Shown: one piece after another, positions 27,199 to 36,037 of the stretch
Numbering within the stretch: the stretch's first letter is position 1
Layout: each line of letters begins with the position of its first letter
From: an uncultured Candidatus Micrarchaeota archaeon
Lineage (GTDB): Archaea > Micrarchaeota > Micrarchaeia > Micrarchaeales > Micrarchaeaceae
NCBI GenBank assembly: GCA_903884115.1
Contig: CAISDH010000003.1
Span: 330 to 64,329, forward strand
Direction of reading: 5' to 3'
Length of the DNA stretch: 64,000 nt
Notes under the pieces: generated by a model
Database searches by the model: none
What the model was told of the DNA's origin: nothing
Seen by the model: the letters and a program-made list of their open reading frames with translations, nothing else
Made by a program: the position numbers and the translations under genes

Positions 27199-27939
27199 TC
27201 AGCCCCAGATGTCCGCCTTGATGTCTGTCGTGGGCACGCCCATCGCGATAAGCGCGTCCCTCATCGCCTTTGAAAAAGCCATAGGCCCGCATATGTATGG
27301 CGTGCGCTGAGCGTAGTCAGGGACTAGCCTCTTTATCTTGTCCGCGTCTATGTGTCCCGTTTCACCAGTCCAGCCGTCGCCTGGCTGCGGCCTTGTCACT
27401 GTCACGCTCAGCTTCATATTTGTCTGCCTTGAGAGCTCATCGAGTTCTGCCTTTCTTATTATTTCGTTGGGGCACCTGATGCTGTAAAGCATGCACACGT
27501 CAGTGTCGCTGCCAAGCAGCTTTATCTCTCTTAGCATCGACATGAACGGCGCAAGTCCTGTGCCGCCAGCAAGGAACAGCACTTTCTTGTTTACCTCCGG
27601 AGTGAACGCGAATTGGCCGTATGGCCCTGTGATGTAATATTTATCATCACCAACCTTTGCAGTGTCCAGATGTGAAGTGAACTGCCCGTGTGCCAAGCCT
27701 ATGAGAAATTCGAGAAAATTCTGCTGCGGCGCCGAAGCTATCGAATATGCCCGCGATAGCTTGGTGCATGTGCTGTCATCGCAATATTCAACCATCATGA
27801 ACATGCCAGGGCGGAAATCGACCTTGGTCGCATCGCGCGCCTCGAATCTGAACAGCGAGACGTCTGGCGTTTCCTTGTTGATGTAGCTGATAAAGTACTG
27901 CTTGTGCTGCAACTGCACAGGTACGGGATCCATGCACAC
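27199..27939 (-). CDS. Ferredoxin-NADP reductase-like FAD/NAD(P)-binding oxidoreductase
   Basis: RAYSIAS (FAD-binding RxYS motif) and LFLAGGTGLAPFMSM (NAD-binding). Confidence 0.75.
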   Translation of the reverse strand: MCMDPVPVQLQHKQYFISYINKETPDVSLFRFEARDATKVDFRPGMFMMVEYCDDSTCTKLSRAYSIASAPQQNFLEFLIGLAHGQFTSHLDTAKVGDDKYYITGPYGQFAFTPEVNKKVLFLAGGTGLAPFMSMLREIKLLGSDTDVCMLYSIRCPNEIIRKAELDELSRQTNMKLSVTVTRPQPGDGWTGETGHIDADKIKRLVPDYAQRTPYICGPMAFSKAMRDALIAMGVPTTDIKADIWG

Positions 27940-27974
27940 ATCTCTGATATCTTACCTGCTTACGTTTCTATATA

Positions 27975-29363
27975 TTACTTCTTCTGTGCTCCGTAGAAGA
28001 AATGCATCGGCCTGCCAAGGGCCGCTTCCGCGGCCTCCTGCAGAGATTCGCTGTATGTCGGATGCGGGTGTATGGTGTCTGCGATGTCTTCTAGTGTGGC
28101 TCCCATCTCTATCGCAAGCGCCGCCTCTGATATCATGGAGCTCGCGTCGTCCGATACTATCTCCACGCCTTTTATCACGTTATCGCTGTCGTATGCTATC
28201 TTTGCAAAGCCCTTTGTGGCATCAAGCGCTATCGCCCTGCCTATCGCTGTCATCGGGAATTTTGTAACCTTTATTCCGCTGACCTCTTCCACGCTGCCTG
28301 CCACCGCGACTTCAGGATCTGAAAATATCACTGCCGGCACCACCATGTTGTCGTAAGACGTGTTTGATCCCGATGCAACTTCTGCAGCCACAATGCCCTG
28401 GCGCATGGCTTTGTGCGCAAGCATTGGTTCGCCTATCACGTCGCCTACTGCAAGGATGTTTGGATCCGAGGTGCGCAGCGCGCTGTCAACCTTGATGAAG
28501 CCTTTCTCGTCGAGCTCGACCTTCGTATTCTTCAACTCAAGGCTGTTGGTGTATGGTGCGAGCCCTATCGCGACCACTATCGTGTCCGCATTGATCTTCT
28601 CTCCATTGCTGAGCGTTATAGAGCCGTTGTCGTGCGATATGGGTGTGGCCCCTGCATGCACAACTATGCCTAGCTCCTGCATGCGTTTTTTAACCACCGA
28701 GACTGCGTCTTGGTCAAACGTGCGCAGCACGTCGGATCGCGCGATCACGTGCACTTCTGTGCCGAACTTGGCGAAAAGAGTGCTTAGTTCAACTGCAACA
28801 TAGCCTGCACCCACTATCGCCATCGACTTTGGAATGTGGTCAAGCATGAGCGCCTGCTTGTAATCCAGCACCTCGCTGCCGAACTCGAACCCCTGCAGCG
28901 CGGTCGGCTCTGATCCCGTCGCGATTATCGCTTTCTTGAATTCGAGCTTCACACCGTTGGTGAGCTGGAGCGAATCAGAGGACATGAAAGTGGCTGTGGC
29001 GTCTATCACGTCCACGCCGTTGGACTTGCAGAGATAAGCAACTCCGTCTTCAAGTCTCTTTGACACGCCCATGCGCCACTCCAGCATCTTCTTTGCGTCG
29101 ATAGTGGCTGACGCGTTTATGCCGAATTCCTGTGAGTGCTGTGCAGCGTAGAATATGTCCGCTATGTGTATCAGCGTCTTAGAAGGTATGCACGCGTAGT
29201 TCGGGCAGTGCCCTCCCAGCTTGTCCTTTTCAACAATTGCCACGCTCATGCCCAGCTGCGCTGCGCGTATTGCCGCGAAATAGCCGCCTACGCCGCCTCC
29301 GACAACGGCAAGGTCCACCTGCTGCGGCATAAAACCCATCACCATGCAATCAACAAAATTCAT
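27975..29363 (-). CDS. lpdA: Dihydrolipoyl dehydrogenase (E3)
   Basis: GGGVGGY dinucleotide motif, redox-active GGHCPNYACIPSK, and the C-terminal HPHPT interface motif. The start is ATGA-coupled to the E2 stop. Confidence 0.9.
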   Translation of the reverse strand: MNFVDCMVMGFMPQQVDLAVVGGGVGGYFAAIRAAQLGMSVAIVEKDKLGGHCPNYACIPSKTLIHIADIFYAAQHSQEFGINASATIDAKKMLEWRMGVSKRLEDGVAYLCKSNGVDVIDATATFMSSDSLQLTNGVKLEFKKAIIATGSEPTALQGFEFGSEVLDYKQALMLDHIPKSMAIVGAGYVAVELSTLFAKFGTEVHVIARSDVLRTFDQDAVSVVKKRMQELGIVVHAGATPISHDNGSITLSNGEKINADTIVVAIGLAPYTNSLELKNTKVELDEKGFIKVDSALRTSDPNILAVGDVIGEPMLAHKAMRQGIVAAEVASGSNTSYDNMVVPAVIFSDPEVAVAGSVEEVSGIKVTKFPMTAIGRAIALDATKGFAKIAYDSDNVIKGVEIVSDDASSMISEAALAIEMGATLEDIADTIHPHPTYSESLQEAAEAALGRPMHFFYGAQKK

Positions 29364-30580
29364 TCAACCTTCAGGAAGCCGGCATCCTCGATGTGTTTTT
29401 TGATGTCGCCGCAGAACTTGACCGCCTCTGCTCCGTCAACGACCCTGTGGTCGAACACCAGCGATACAGGGAGCACCTTGCCCACTGCGACCTTGCCGTC
29501 CTTCACCACGGGCATGTCCTGTATGCGTTCAGTGCCCAGTATCGCGACGTCTGGGTGGTTTATGATCGGCACTGACAGGAAGCCGCTTCCAAGGCTTCCT
29601 GCATTCGTTATCGTGAACGAGCTGTCGCGCATCTCTTCAATGGTTATGGTCTGGTCATTGATCTTCTGGTGCAGTTGCTGTATTTCTTGTGCTATGGCTA
29701 TGATGCTCTTCTTGTCGGCGTCCTTTATGACAACGACCTTCAGCCCGTCTGGAGCTTCTGCCGCAAGCCCTATGTTGTAGTATTTCTTCCTTATTATCTC
29801 AAGCTTCTCATGGTCGTAGCTCGCGTTGAAGCTCGGGTTAGCCTTCAGCGCCTCCACCGTCGCCTTTATTATGAAAGGCAGGAATGTGAGCTTCACTCCG
29901 CGCTCGGTCTGGACGCGCGCCTTCTCCTTCTGCACCACATCGAACAACGCCTGCGCATCTATGAGATCCATGTGCGCAGCGCTTGGAACCGTCAATGACG
30001 CCTCCATGTTCTTCGCGATCGCCTTTCTTGTCTGTGAAAGCGGAATGCGCTCTATGTCGTCTTCATGCTGCTCCTCCAGCAACTCCGAGAATTTGGGTGC
30101 CGCCTTCTGCTGCGGCGCCTTGCCTACAAACATTCTCACATCATTCTCGAGTATTCGCCCGGCCGGGCCTGTGCCGCGCACTTGCGCCAGGTCGACGCCG
30201 AGATCATGAGCAAGCTTGCGCAGGGACGGCGTTGCAAGTATCTCTTTCTGTGCTGCCTTCTGCGCCTGTGCGGGCTTCTCCGCGGCAGCCTGTGCGCTCT
30301 TCGGAGCTGCCGCCTGCGCCTGCTGTGTGGGAATCGCGGCAAGCTCCTGCAAAGTGCCTATGTACGCAAGCGTGTCGCCCACATGTAGCACTGTGTCATC
30401 CTTTGCCACTATTTTGAGTATTCCGTCTATTGGTGCAGGCACGCTGACAATGGCCTTGTCAGTCTCGACCTGCACGATGCTCTGGTCCTCCTTTACCTGA
30501 TCGCCGTCCTTGACAAGCCACTTCTGCAGATGCCCTTCTGTAATGCCCTCGCCGACGTCAACAAATTTTATTTCTTTCAT
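29360..30580 (-). CDS. Dihydrolipoamide acyltransferase (E2) with lipoyl, E3-binding and catalytic domains
   Basis: Lipoyl motif VETDKA, PSLRKLA subunit-binding domain, catalytic DHRVVDG. Confidence 0.9.
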   Translation of the reverse strand: MKEIKFVDVGEGITEGHLQKWLVKDGDQVKEDQSIVQVETDKAIVSVPAPIDGILKIVAKDDTVLHVGDTLAYIGTLQELAAIPTQQAQAAAPKSAQAAAEKPAQAQKAAQKEILATPSLRKLAHDLGVDLAQVRGTGPAGRILENDVRMFVGKAPQQKAAPKFSELLEEQHEDDIERIPLSQTRKAIAKNMEASLTVPSAAHMDLIDAQALFDVVQKEKARVQTERGVKLTFLPFIIKATVEALKANPSFNASYDHEKLEIIRKKYYNIGLAAEAPDGLKVVVIKDADKKSIIAIAQEIQQLHQKINDQTITIEEMRDSSFTITNAGSLGSGFLSVPIINHPDVAILGTERIQDMPVVKDGKVAVGKVLPVSLVFDHRVVDGAEAVKFCGDIKKHIEDAGFLKVE

Positions 30581-30584
30581 AAGC

Positions 30585-31577
30585 TCACTCTGCCAGCAGT
30601 TTATCTATTGCCTTCGATATCTTCTCCTCGTTCGGAAGGTAGTACTGCTCATAGCCAGGGAATGGATATGGGATGCTGGGTGAGGCCACGCGCATTATAG
30701 GTGCATCCAATTCGAAAATGGCCTCTTCTGCTATTCTGGCTGAGATCTCTGCACCTACTCCGAAGCTTCTGGGCGCTTCGTGCACTATCAGCACCTTGCC
30801 AGTCTTCTTCGCGCTCTTTATTATCGCATCGTCATCTATCGGGTTTATTGTGCGCAGGTCCACTATGTCCGCAGAAAGGTTCTTCTTCTCCACTACTTTC
30901 TTCACCATGTTCACCATCGTGCCGTATGTGATGATGCTCAGGTCGTCGCCTTCCCTGATCTTGTTTGCCTTGCCTATCTCGACCTCATAGCTGCTTTCAG
31001 GGACTTCCTGCTTGAACAGCCTGTACAGCATGGTCGGCTCCAGAAACATCACTGTGTCGTGCATGTGCGACGCACGTATGAGCAGGCCTTTTGCATCGTA
31101 TGGCGATGAGGGCTCTACCACTATCAGTCCGCCAGGATGCGAATAGTATGCTTCAGGGCTTTCGGAATGGTGCTCAAGGGCCCTAACTCCGCCGCTGACG
31201 GGCATCCTCACTATCATAGGCACCGTGAACGTCGAGCGCGTCCTGCTCCTGTATCGCGCAGCGTGGCTTACGAGCTGGTCGAAGCCAAGGTACGAGAATC
31301 CTGCAAACTGTATCTCCGGAATCGGAAGCATGCCTGCGATCGCCATGCCTATCGATACGCCGATTATGCCTGACTCTGCAAGCGGCGTATCCATCACTCT
31401 GCCTGGGCCGTACTTGTCGAACAATCCATCTGTGACCCTAAAGACGCCGCCGTCCTTTCCAATGTCCTCTCCAAGCATGACTGACGTGGGGTTTTCAGTC
31501 AATATTGCATCAAGTGCGCTGTTTATCGCATTTGCCATGTTCATCTGCATTTTATCACGCTTGCCAGAACTTCTCAT
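30585..31577 (-). CDS. 2-oxoacid dehydrogenase E1 component beta subunit
   Basis: Transketolase-like pyrimidine-binding and C-terminal domains. The probable start is M at 31550 (MQMNMANAINSAL). Confidence 0.9.
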   Translation of the reverse strand: MRSSGKRDKMQMNMANAINSALDAILTENPTSVMLGEDIGKDGGVFRVTDGLFDKYGPGRVMDTPLAESGIIGVSIGMAIAGMLPIPEIQFAGFSYLGFDQLVSHAARYRSRTRSTFTVPMIVRMPVSGGVRALEHHSESPEAYYSHPGGLIVVEPSSPYDAKGLLIRASHMHDTVMFLEPTMLYRLFKQEVPESSYEVEIGKANKIREGDDLSIITYGTMVNMVKKVVEKKNLSADIVDLRTINPIDDDAIIKSAKKTGKVLIVHEAPRSFGVGAEISARIAEEAIFELDAPIMRVASPSIPYPFPGYEQYYLPNEEKISKAIDKLLAE

Positions 31578-32625
31578 TCACCGCATCGTCATACTCATCT
31601 TTAAGCGCTTTGGGCATGAAGCTGTACAGATGCTCGAACATGTCTTTCGGGTCTGGCTTGAATGCCTCTGCCTTCTCAACTGCTTCGTCTATCTTTTTCT
31701 TGAACTCGTCCTGCATGCTCGCTTCCATGGCGTCGCTCCAGAGTGCCTTGCCTGTAAGGTAATTCCTGACGCGCAGTATGGGGTCCCTCTTCGCCCAGGC
31801 CTGCACCTCTTCATCTTTCCTGTACTTCGTAGGATCGTCTGAAGTTGTGTGCATGCTCATCCTGTACGTGACGCATTCTATCAGCGTTGCGCCATTCTTT
31901 GAGTCTGCTATCGCATCGCTCACTGCCTTGTACACTGCAATCACATCGTTGCCATCCACTTGCAGGCACTTTATGCCTGCGGCAAAGGCTTTCTGCGCAA
32001 GCGTCTCCGTCGCGCTCTGCCTGCTTCTCGGCACGGATATTGCCCACTGGTTGTTCTCTATGATCATGACAAGAGGTACCTTGAAAACCCCCGCAAAGTT
32101 CATCGCCTCGTAGAAATCCCCTTCTGAAGTGCCTCCGTCTCCCACATAGCTTACGACTGCACTGTCCTTGTTTTCATACTTCTGAGCAAATGCTATGCCT
32201 GTTGCATGGAGGAGCTGGGTTGCCACTGGCACTATGTATGGTAAGCCTTTCACACTCTGTGGTATCATGTTTCCCTCTTCAAAGCCCCTCCAGTACAGGA
32301 AGAACTTGTCAAGTGGAAGGCCCCTTACGATAAAGACGCCATGCTGCCTGAAATTCGGCACGAATATGTCGTTCTGCCTCATGGCCATGGCGCTGCCGAT
32401 CTGCGTTGCCTCTTGGCCGATAGACGGAGCGTATGTGACAAGCCTGCCCTGCCTCTGGAGGCTTATGCACTTTGCATCGACTGCCCTTGTAAAGGAGAGG
32501 AACTTGTACATCTCGATTATCTTGCTGTCATCGAGACCTTTTGGGAAGAGCGCAGCGTCCACGCTGCCTTTCTCGTCTAGCACTTGCAGATAGTCCACAG
32601 AGCCCTCAAAGACTTTTTTAAGCAA
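31555..32625 (-). CDS. 2-oxoacid dehydrogenase E1 component alpha subunit (TPP-binding)
   Basis: TPP motif GDGGTSEGDF...N. I infer a TTG start at 32625 (LKKVFEGSVDYLQVLDEKG). The track ORF runs to 32733, but that extension covers TATA TTTATAAAT and element U1. Confidence 0.85.
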   Translation of the reverse strand: MLKKVFEGSVDYLQVLDEKGSVDAALFPKGLDDSKIIEMYKFLSFTRAVDAKCISLQRQGRLVTYAPSIGQEATQIGSAMAMRQNDIFVPNFRQHGVFIVRGLPLDKFFLYWRGFEEGNMIPQSVKGLPYIVPVATQLLHATGIAFAQKYENKDSAVVSYVGDGGTSEGDFYEAMNFAGVFKVPLVMIIENNQWAISVPRSRQSATETLAQKAFAAGIKCLQVDGNDVIAVYKAVSDAIADSKNGATLIECVTYRMSMHTTSDDPTKYRKDEEVQAWAKRDPILRVRNYLTGKALWSDAMEASMQDEFKKKIDEAVEKAEAFKPDPKDMFEHLYSFMPKALKDEYDDAVNEKFWQA

Positions 32626-32721
32626 ACAATCGTCCGCATATATCTGCAAAAATTTATAAATACATAAGCCGAAAACCCACGATACAGATTCAGATTTTAA
32701 TACATGCTTCCCTCGTATGCC

Positions 32722-32810
32722 TTTACAAAACAACTAACTTTTACACTTAAACTGTCGGAAAAAGTAATGCATATATATCTGAAAAGCGAAGAATATGTGT
32801 TAGTGATTGA
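32722..32810 (+). promoter_or_regulatory. Conserved upstream element, copy U1
   Basis: TTTACAAAACAACTAAC...AAAAAGTAATGCATATATATCT...TTAGTGATTGA-ATG. Gapless, about 78% identity to U2 with identical spacing to the start codon. Confidence 0.65.
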
Positions 32811-32963
32811 ATGTCCAAACAATATGTGCCTACATCAGCAACCGCTGTTGTTGAACGTCTGAAAGAGCAAGGCGCATCTGACAATCAGATAGCGCGCATC
32901 GTGCACCGCCACACAGGTACCGACACGGGTGCTGTCAGGAAGCTTCTCAGGAACTGGGAATAG
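32811..32963 (+). CDS. Small ORF A1 (50 aa), possible HTH-like protein
   Basis: MSKQYVPTSATAVVERLKEQGASDNQIARIVHRHTGTDTGAVRKLLRNWE. Below the track cutoff. The ATG lies at the conserved distance from U1. Confidence 0.45.
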   Translation: MSKQYVPTSATAVVERLKEQGASDNQIARIVHRHTGTDTGAVRKLLRNWE

Positions 32964-32995
32964 AAGTACTTCTGCCCACAGAACCTGCCATTCCC

Positions 32996-33032
32996 ATAAA
33001 GCGCTTCGGCGAACTCACCCCTCGCCGGAGCC
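32996..33032 (+). pseudogene. Remnant of small ORF B (copy B1), about 37 nt
   Basis: ATAAAGCGCTTCGGCGAACTCACCCCTCGCCGGAGC matches the IKRFGELTPPE core of B2/B3 with a 1-nt indel. There is no start codon and the rest is deleted. Confidence 0.6.
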
Positions 33033-33041
33033 TTCCTGGGT

Positions 33042-33176
33042 TTAGCTCCCATCCTTAAAAACTTCCAGGATGTCTTCTTCTCTTTTCTCCACGTACATAT
33101 TCAACTGCTTCTGGAAGCTTTCTCTATGCTCTGAGGGTCCTTGATGCCCGGCATAAGAATGGATTGCAATGCAGGC
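33042..33176 (-). pseudogene. 3'-terminal remnant of a paralog of the 382-aa gene (copy C1)
   Basis: Translates to ...GHQGPSEHRESFQKQLNMYVEKREEDILEVFKDGS*, compared with ...QHGEAPSADVLNEWIKELEERYARYLKDRREDFREVFKEWFSQ* in 34742..35890. An in-frame stop lies upstream. Confidence 0.55.
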
Positions 33177-33228
33177 CTAACAAGCTTCATAGCATCTATG
33201 TTTTAGTGTGCGTCTGCCCTCGCATGAC

Positions 33229-33317
33229 TTTACAAAACAACGAACTTCAACAAGTGAATTGTAATAAAAAGTAAAGTATATATATTTGGAAAAAGAATAA
33301 TATATGTTAGTGATTAT
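33229..33317 (+). promoter_or_regulatory. Conserved upstream element, copy U2
   Basis: TTTACAAAACAACGAAC...AAAAAGTAAAGTATATATATTT...TTAGTGATTAT-GTG. Confidence 0.65.
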
Positions 33318-33599
33318 GTGAAGCAGAACCTCGATAGTCAGAATGGCATAATGGCTCTCCGCAGAGCATCGCCGCTAGAAATTGCAGAGGCGAAGCTCAA
33401 TAAGACCGGCGATGTCATAGACTACAGTAATAATGTATGCGCTATTCTCGATCGCATTGCAGAAACCCTGGCTCCACTCGGGCATGATAATGACATCCCT
33501 ACCTCTTCTCGCACAGCAGAGGCATTGGCTGCGCTAGTGAAAAGCGGCGATGTCAACGCCTACGGTCTGTTCCTTCTTCTGAGAGGGGAGCAGCAATGA
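33318..33599 (+). CDS. Small ORF A2 (93 aa, GTG start), orphan
   Basis: The C-terminal LVKSGDVNAYGLFLLL is homologous to A3 LFAKTGNVDAYNAYLSEIDLL. The stop overlaps the B2 start (ATGA). Confidence 0.5.
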   Translation: MKQNLDSQNGIMALRRASPLEIAEAKLNKTGDVIDYSNNVCAILDRIAETLAPLGHDNDIPTSSRTAEALAALVKSGDVNAYGLFLLLRGEQQ

Positions 33600-33751
33600 C
33601 TGGCAACAATAGAGATGCAGAGCTCATTCTCATCAAGCGCTTCGGCGAACTCACCCCTCCGGAGCTTGTCGTGCTACAGAAGCAGTACGACAGATGCGAG
33701 ATGGATGCGCTCAACAAGGAATGGAGGTTCTACAAGTTCCAAAACGAATAG
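33596..33751 (+). CDS. Small conserved ORF B2 (51 aa)
   Basis: MTGNNRDAELILIKRFGELTPPELVVLQKQYDRCEMDALNKEWRFYKFQNE. About 60% identical to B3. Below the track cutoff. Confidence 0.6.
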   Translation: MTGNNRDAELILIKRFGELTPPELVVLQKQYDRCEMDALNKEWRFYKFQNE

Positions 33752-33790
33752 TTTTTATAATAGTGTGAATTGAAAGAGAGACGAGATTTG

Positions 33791-34189
33791 ATGCAGCAAG
33801 AAAAAACACAACTGAAGACTGACGCAGACAAACTTGTAGCTCTTCAGAGTTCAGGGCACATTAAAGAGGCGGTTGCATTTGCCATACGCAAGATGGATAG
33901 TGTAGAAAGCGCGATTCAGATCTTCAGGAAAGCAGGCATGACCGAGGCCGCCGATGGCGTAGCAAAAATTTCTCTATACGTGGATTTAAAGCACTTTGAT
34001 GGATATGCCAACCGTCTCGCTCATTCAAAAGGCATATCTGAGATAGCAGAGATATTGAGATCAAGGAAAGCTGCGCAGAAGCCTGCCGACCTGGTCCAGC
34101 TTGAAGGCGCCAAGAAGGACGAAGTGCTTGGCGTGTTGGCTTCAATATTTCCTGATGATGTTAAAAAGTTAGCTCCGCTGCTACGCTAA
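33791..34189 (+). CDS. Orphan helical protein (132 aa from ATG 33791; track ORF starts at TTG 33770)
   Basis: Preceded by a truncated core of the upstream element (TTTTTATAATAGTGTGA). No recognised domain. Confidence 0.45.
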   Translation: MQQEKTQLKTDADKLVALQSSGHIKEAVAFAIRKMDSVESAIQIFRKAGMTEAADGVAKISLYVDLKHFDGYANRLAHSKGISEIAEILRSRKAAQKPADLVQLEGAKKDEVLGVLASIFPDDVKKLAPLLR

Positions 34190-34204
34190 AGCATCTCAGA
34201 ATAC

Positions 34205-34270
34205 TCGGATCCAGTCCCTAAAAACCTCGCGGATGCTCCTTTTTTTTATCTTCCGCGTACCTTTCTCTCC
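34205..34270 (-). pseudogene. Short 3'-terminal remnant of a paralog of the 382-aa gene (copy C2)
   Basis: CCAGTCCCTAAAAACCTCGCGGATGCTCC...CGCGTACC aligns with the 3' end of 34742..35890 (CCATTCCTTAAAAACCTCCCTGAAATCTTCC...) and with C1. Confidence 0.45.
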
Positions 34271-34280
34271 CCTCGACTAC

Positions 34281-34367
34281 TTTGCAAAACAACAAAGTTC
34301 TGCAAATAAATTGCCAGAAAACCGAGCATATAAGTATCTTCTACGTTATATAATTTAGTGTGATGGA
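34281..34367 (+). promoter_or_regulatory. Conserved upstream element, copy U3
   Basis: TTTGCAAAACAACAAAGTTCTGCAAATAAATTGCCAGAAA...CATATAAGTATCTT...TTATATAATTTAGTGTGATGGA-ATG. Confidence 0.65.
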
Positions 34368-34550
34368 ATGTCTGCATCAAAAAACAACGTAACTGGACCT
34401 TCTGAACAAAAACTACGCGAATTCTTTGAAGCGATAAAACCTGTCCTTACAAACCATGCATCGTCTCTGTTCGCGAAGACCGGCAATGTCGATGCGTACA
34501 ATGCTTATTTATCGGAGATTGATCTCCTCACAAATCTTGAGAGGAGATGA
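34368..34550 (+). CDS. Small ORF A3 (60 aa), orphan, homolog of A2
   Basis: Track ORF. The stop overlaps the B3 start (ATGA). Confidence 0.5.
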   Translation: MSASKNNVTGPSEQKLREFFEAIKPVLTNHASSLFAKTGNVDAYNAYLSEIDLLTNLERR

Positions 34551-34705
34551 CCGGCAATAGCTGCGAAGAGCAGACCATTATAATCAAGCGCTTCGGCGAA
34601 CTCACCCCGCCGGAGCTAGTCCTGCTCCAGAGACAGTATGCTAAATGTGAACTGGACCGGCTCAACCAGGAATGGAGGTTCTACAACAAACTTCCAGCAA
34701 AATAA
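34547..34705 (+). CDS. Small conserved ORF B3 (52 aa)
   Basis: MTGNSCEEQTIIIKRFGELTPPELVLLQRQYAKCELDRLNQEWRFYNKLPAK. Confidence 0.6.
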   Translation: MTGNSCEEQTIIIKRFGELTPPELVLLQRQYAKCELDRLNQEWRFYNKLPAK

Positions 34706-34741
34706 ATACCGGTCTTCTTCTGCTTTCAGACAGATGTTCTG

Positions 34742-35890
34742 TTACTGGCTAAACCATTCCTTAAAAACCTCCCTGAAATCTTCCCGTCGGTCTTTTAAGT
34801 ATCTCGCATATCTTTCCTCGAGCTCTTTTATCCACTCATTCAGGACGTCCGCGCTGGGTGCTTCTCCGTGTTGTGCGTCTTTCATGCCTGAAAACTCCAG
34901 AAGCATTTCAGGTGTCGGGACAAGCTTGCCTCCCTCACCTATGTAGATATATCCATTGTATTCCGGACGTAGAGCGGCACCATAACTACAAATATTTCCG
35001 GACGATTCTATCAACATGTTAACTATTACCTGTTTAAGCTCTTCTCTAACTTCAGGAGATAATTCATCAAACTTTCTTTTCATATCCTCCAATTTTTCCT
35101 TGTAAGCAGGTCTGGCCCTTTCAAAAGATACATCCTCTTCCAACATCCCGTTCCTGATACCGTTGATACTAAATAGAAGCCCATCTACTTCCAGCATCTC
35201 TCTGACTCCGGACAGTGGCCTCATCTTGCGATACAGATGCGATTCTATGCCTCCGTCCGCCCATCTATACTCTCTGATGCTAACTTCCTCAAATCCAAAA
35301 CAATTCGGTGTAAACGCTTTGCTTAGTGAATCTGCCAGCCACTTCATACTCTGTCCACAAGATATGTAGTAATCTCCAATCCTGAGCTCTTCTATGACTT
35401 TTGCAAGCGGTTCGTATCTCTGGAGTGCACAATTAGAATACTTTGTGAAAATAACATCTATGCCTTTCATCTCTGCATAAAGTTGATTTAATGATTGTCC
35501 TTCTTTAGAAAGCCGGTTGACTGTTTCATTATTTATATCAAGTATGTAAAAAATCAGCTTCCTGCTCTTCCCGTTCCAATCAAAGTATGCTTCAGTCCTA
35601 TTTCCTGAGCTTGATTCCTTCGTAATATTTCCTCCGATTTGTTTTATGCTCTCCTTTATGGCATCCTTCTGATCTACCCAGTCGACAAGAATCATCTCTG
35701 TAGCTCCTGTTGCCGCAATGAGATGTGCCACATCCTTGCCAGATGCCAGGTAAATTGTCTTGAGCGGCTTATCGGAGGGATTCACTACTTCCTTCACAGC
35801 CGTAAGCGAATTCATGGTGACTTTGCCAAGCACGTTGCTGATTTTTTCAAAGGCATTCTGCTCTATTTTGACTTCTTTTGTTTTGTACAA
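34742..35890 (-). CDS. Orphan 382-aa protein (copy C3, the only intact copy); weak Rossmann/methyltransferase-like N-terminal half
   Basis: The TTG start is preceded by TTATAGTGATCGC (SD-like). The pattern IYLASGKDVAHLIAATGATEMILVD ... GIDVIFTKY is Rossmann-like but lacks a clear GxGxG. Confidence 0.55.
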   Translation of the reverse strand: MYKTKEVKIEQNAFEKISNVLGKVTMNSLTAVKEVVNPSDKPLKTIYLASGKDVAHLIAATGATEMILVDWVDQKDAIKESIKQIGGNITKESSSGNRTEAYFDWNGKSRKLIFYILDINNETVNRLSKEGQSLNQLYAEMKGIDVIFTKYSNCALQRYEPLAKVIEELRIGDYYISCGQSMKWLADSLSKAFTPNCFGFEEVSIREYRWADGGIESHLYRKMRPLSGVREMLEVDGLLFSINGIRNGMLEEDVSFERARPAYKEKLEDMKRKFDELSPEVREELKQVIVNMLIESSGNICSYGAALRPEYNGYIYIGEGGKLVPTPEMLLEFSGMKDAQHGEAPSADVLNEWIKELEERYARYLKDRREDFREVFKEWFSQ

Positions 35891-36037
35891 GCGATCACTA
35901 TAACTTCTTAAATCCGATCATCGAAAACTTCGTGCATCTCTTTTTCTGTCTTCTATATGTGCCTTCATCTGTTTCTGAAATATATATGCTTTGCTTTTTG
36001 TTGCAATTTATCTGTGAAAGGTTGTTATTTTGTTAAG
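35891..36037 (-). promoter_or_regulatory. Conserved upstream element, copy U4 (extended leader)
   Basis: CTTAACAAAATAACAACCTTTCACAGATAAATTGCAACAAAAAGCAAAGCATATATATTT, followed by an about 90-nt leader that contains a 16-codon uORF. Confidence 0.55.

Noticed and set aside
32626-32733. N-terminal extension of E1 alpha (track start 32733)
   Set aside because: The extension covers a TATA box and element U1 of the divergent gene. Homology to E1 alpha begins only after the TTG at 32625.
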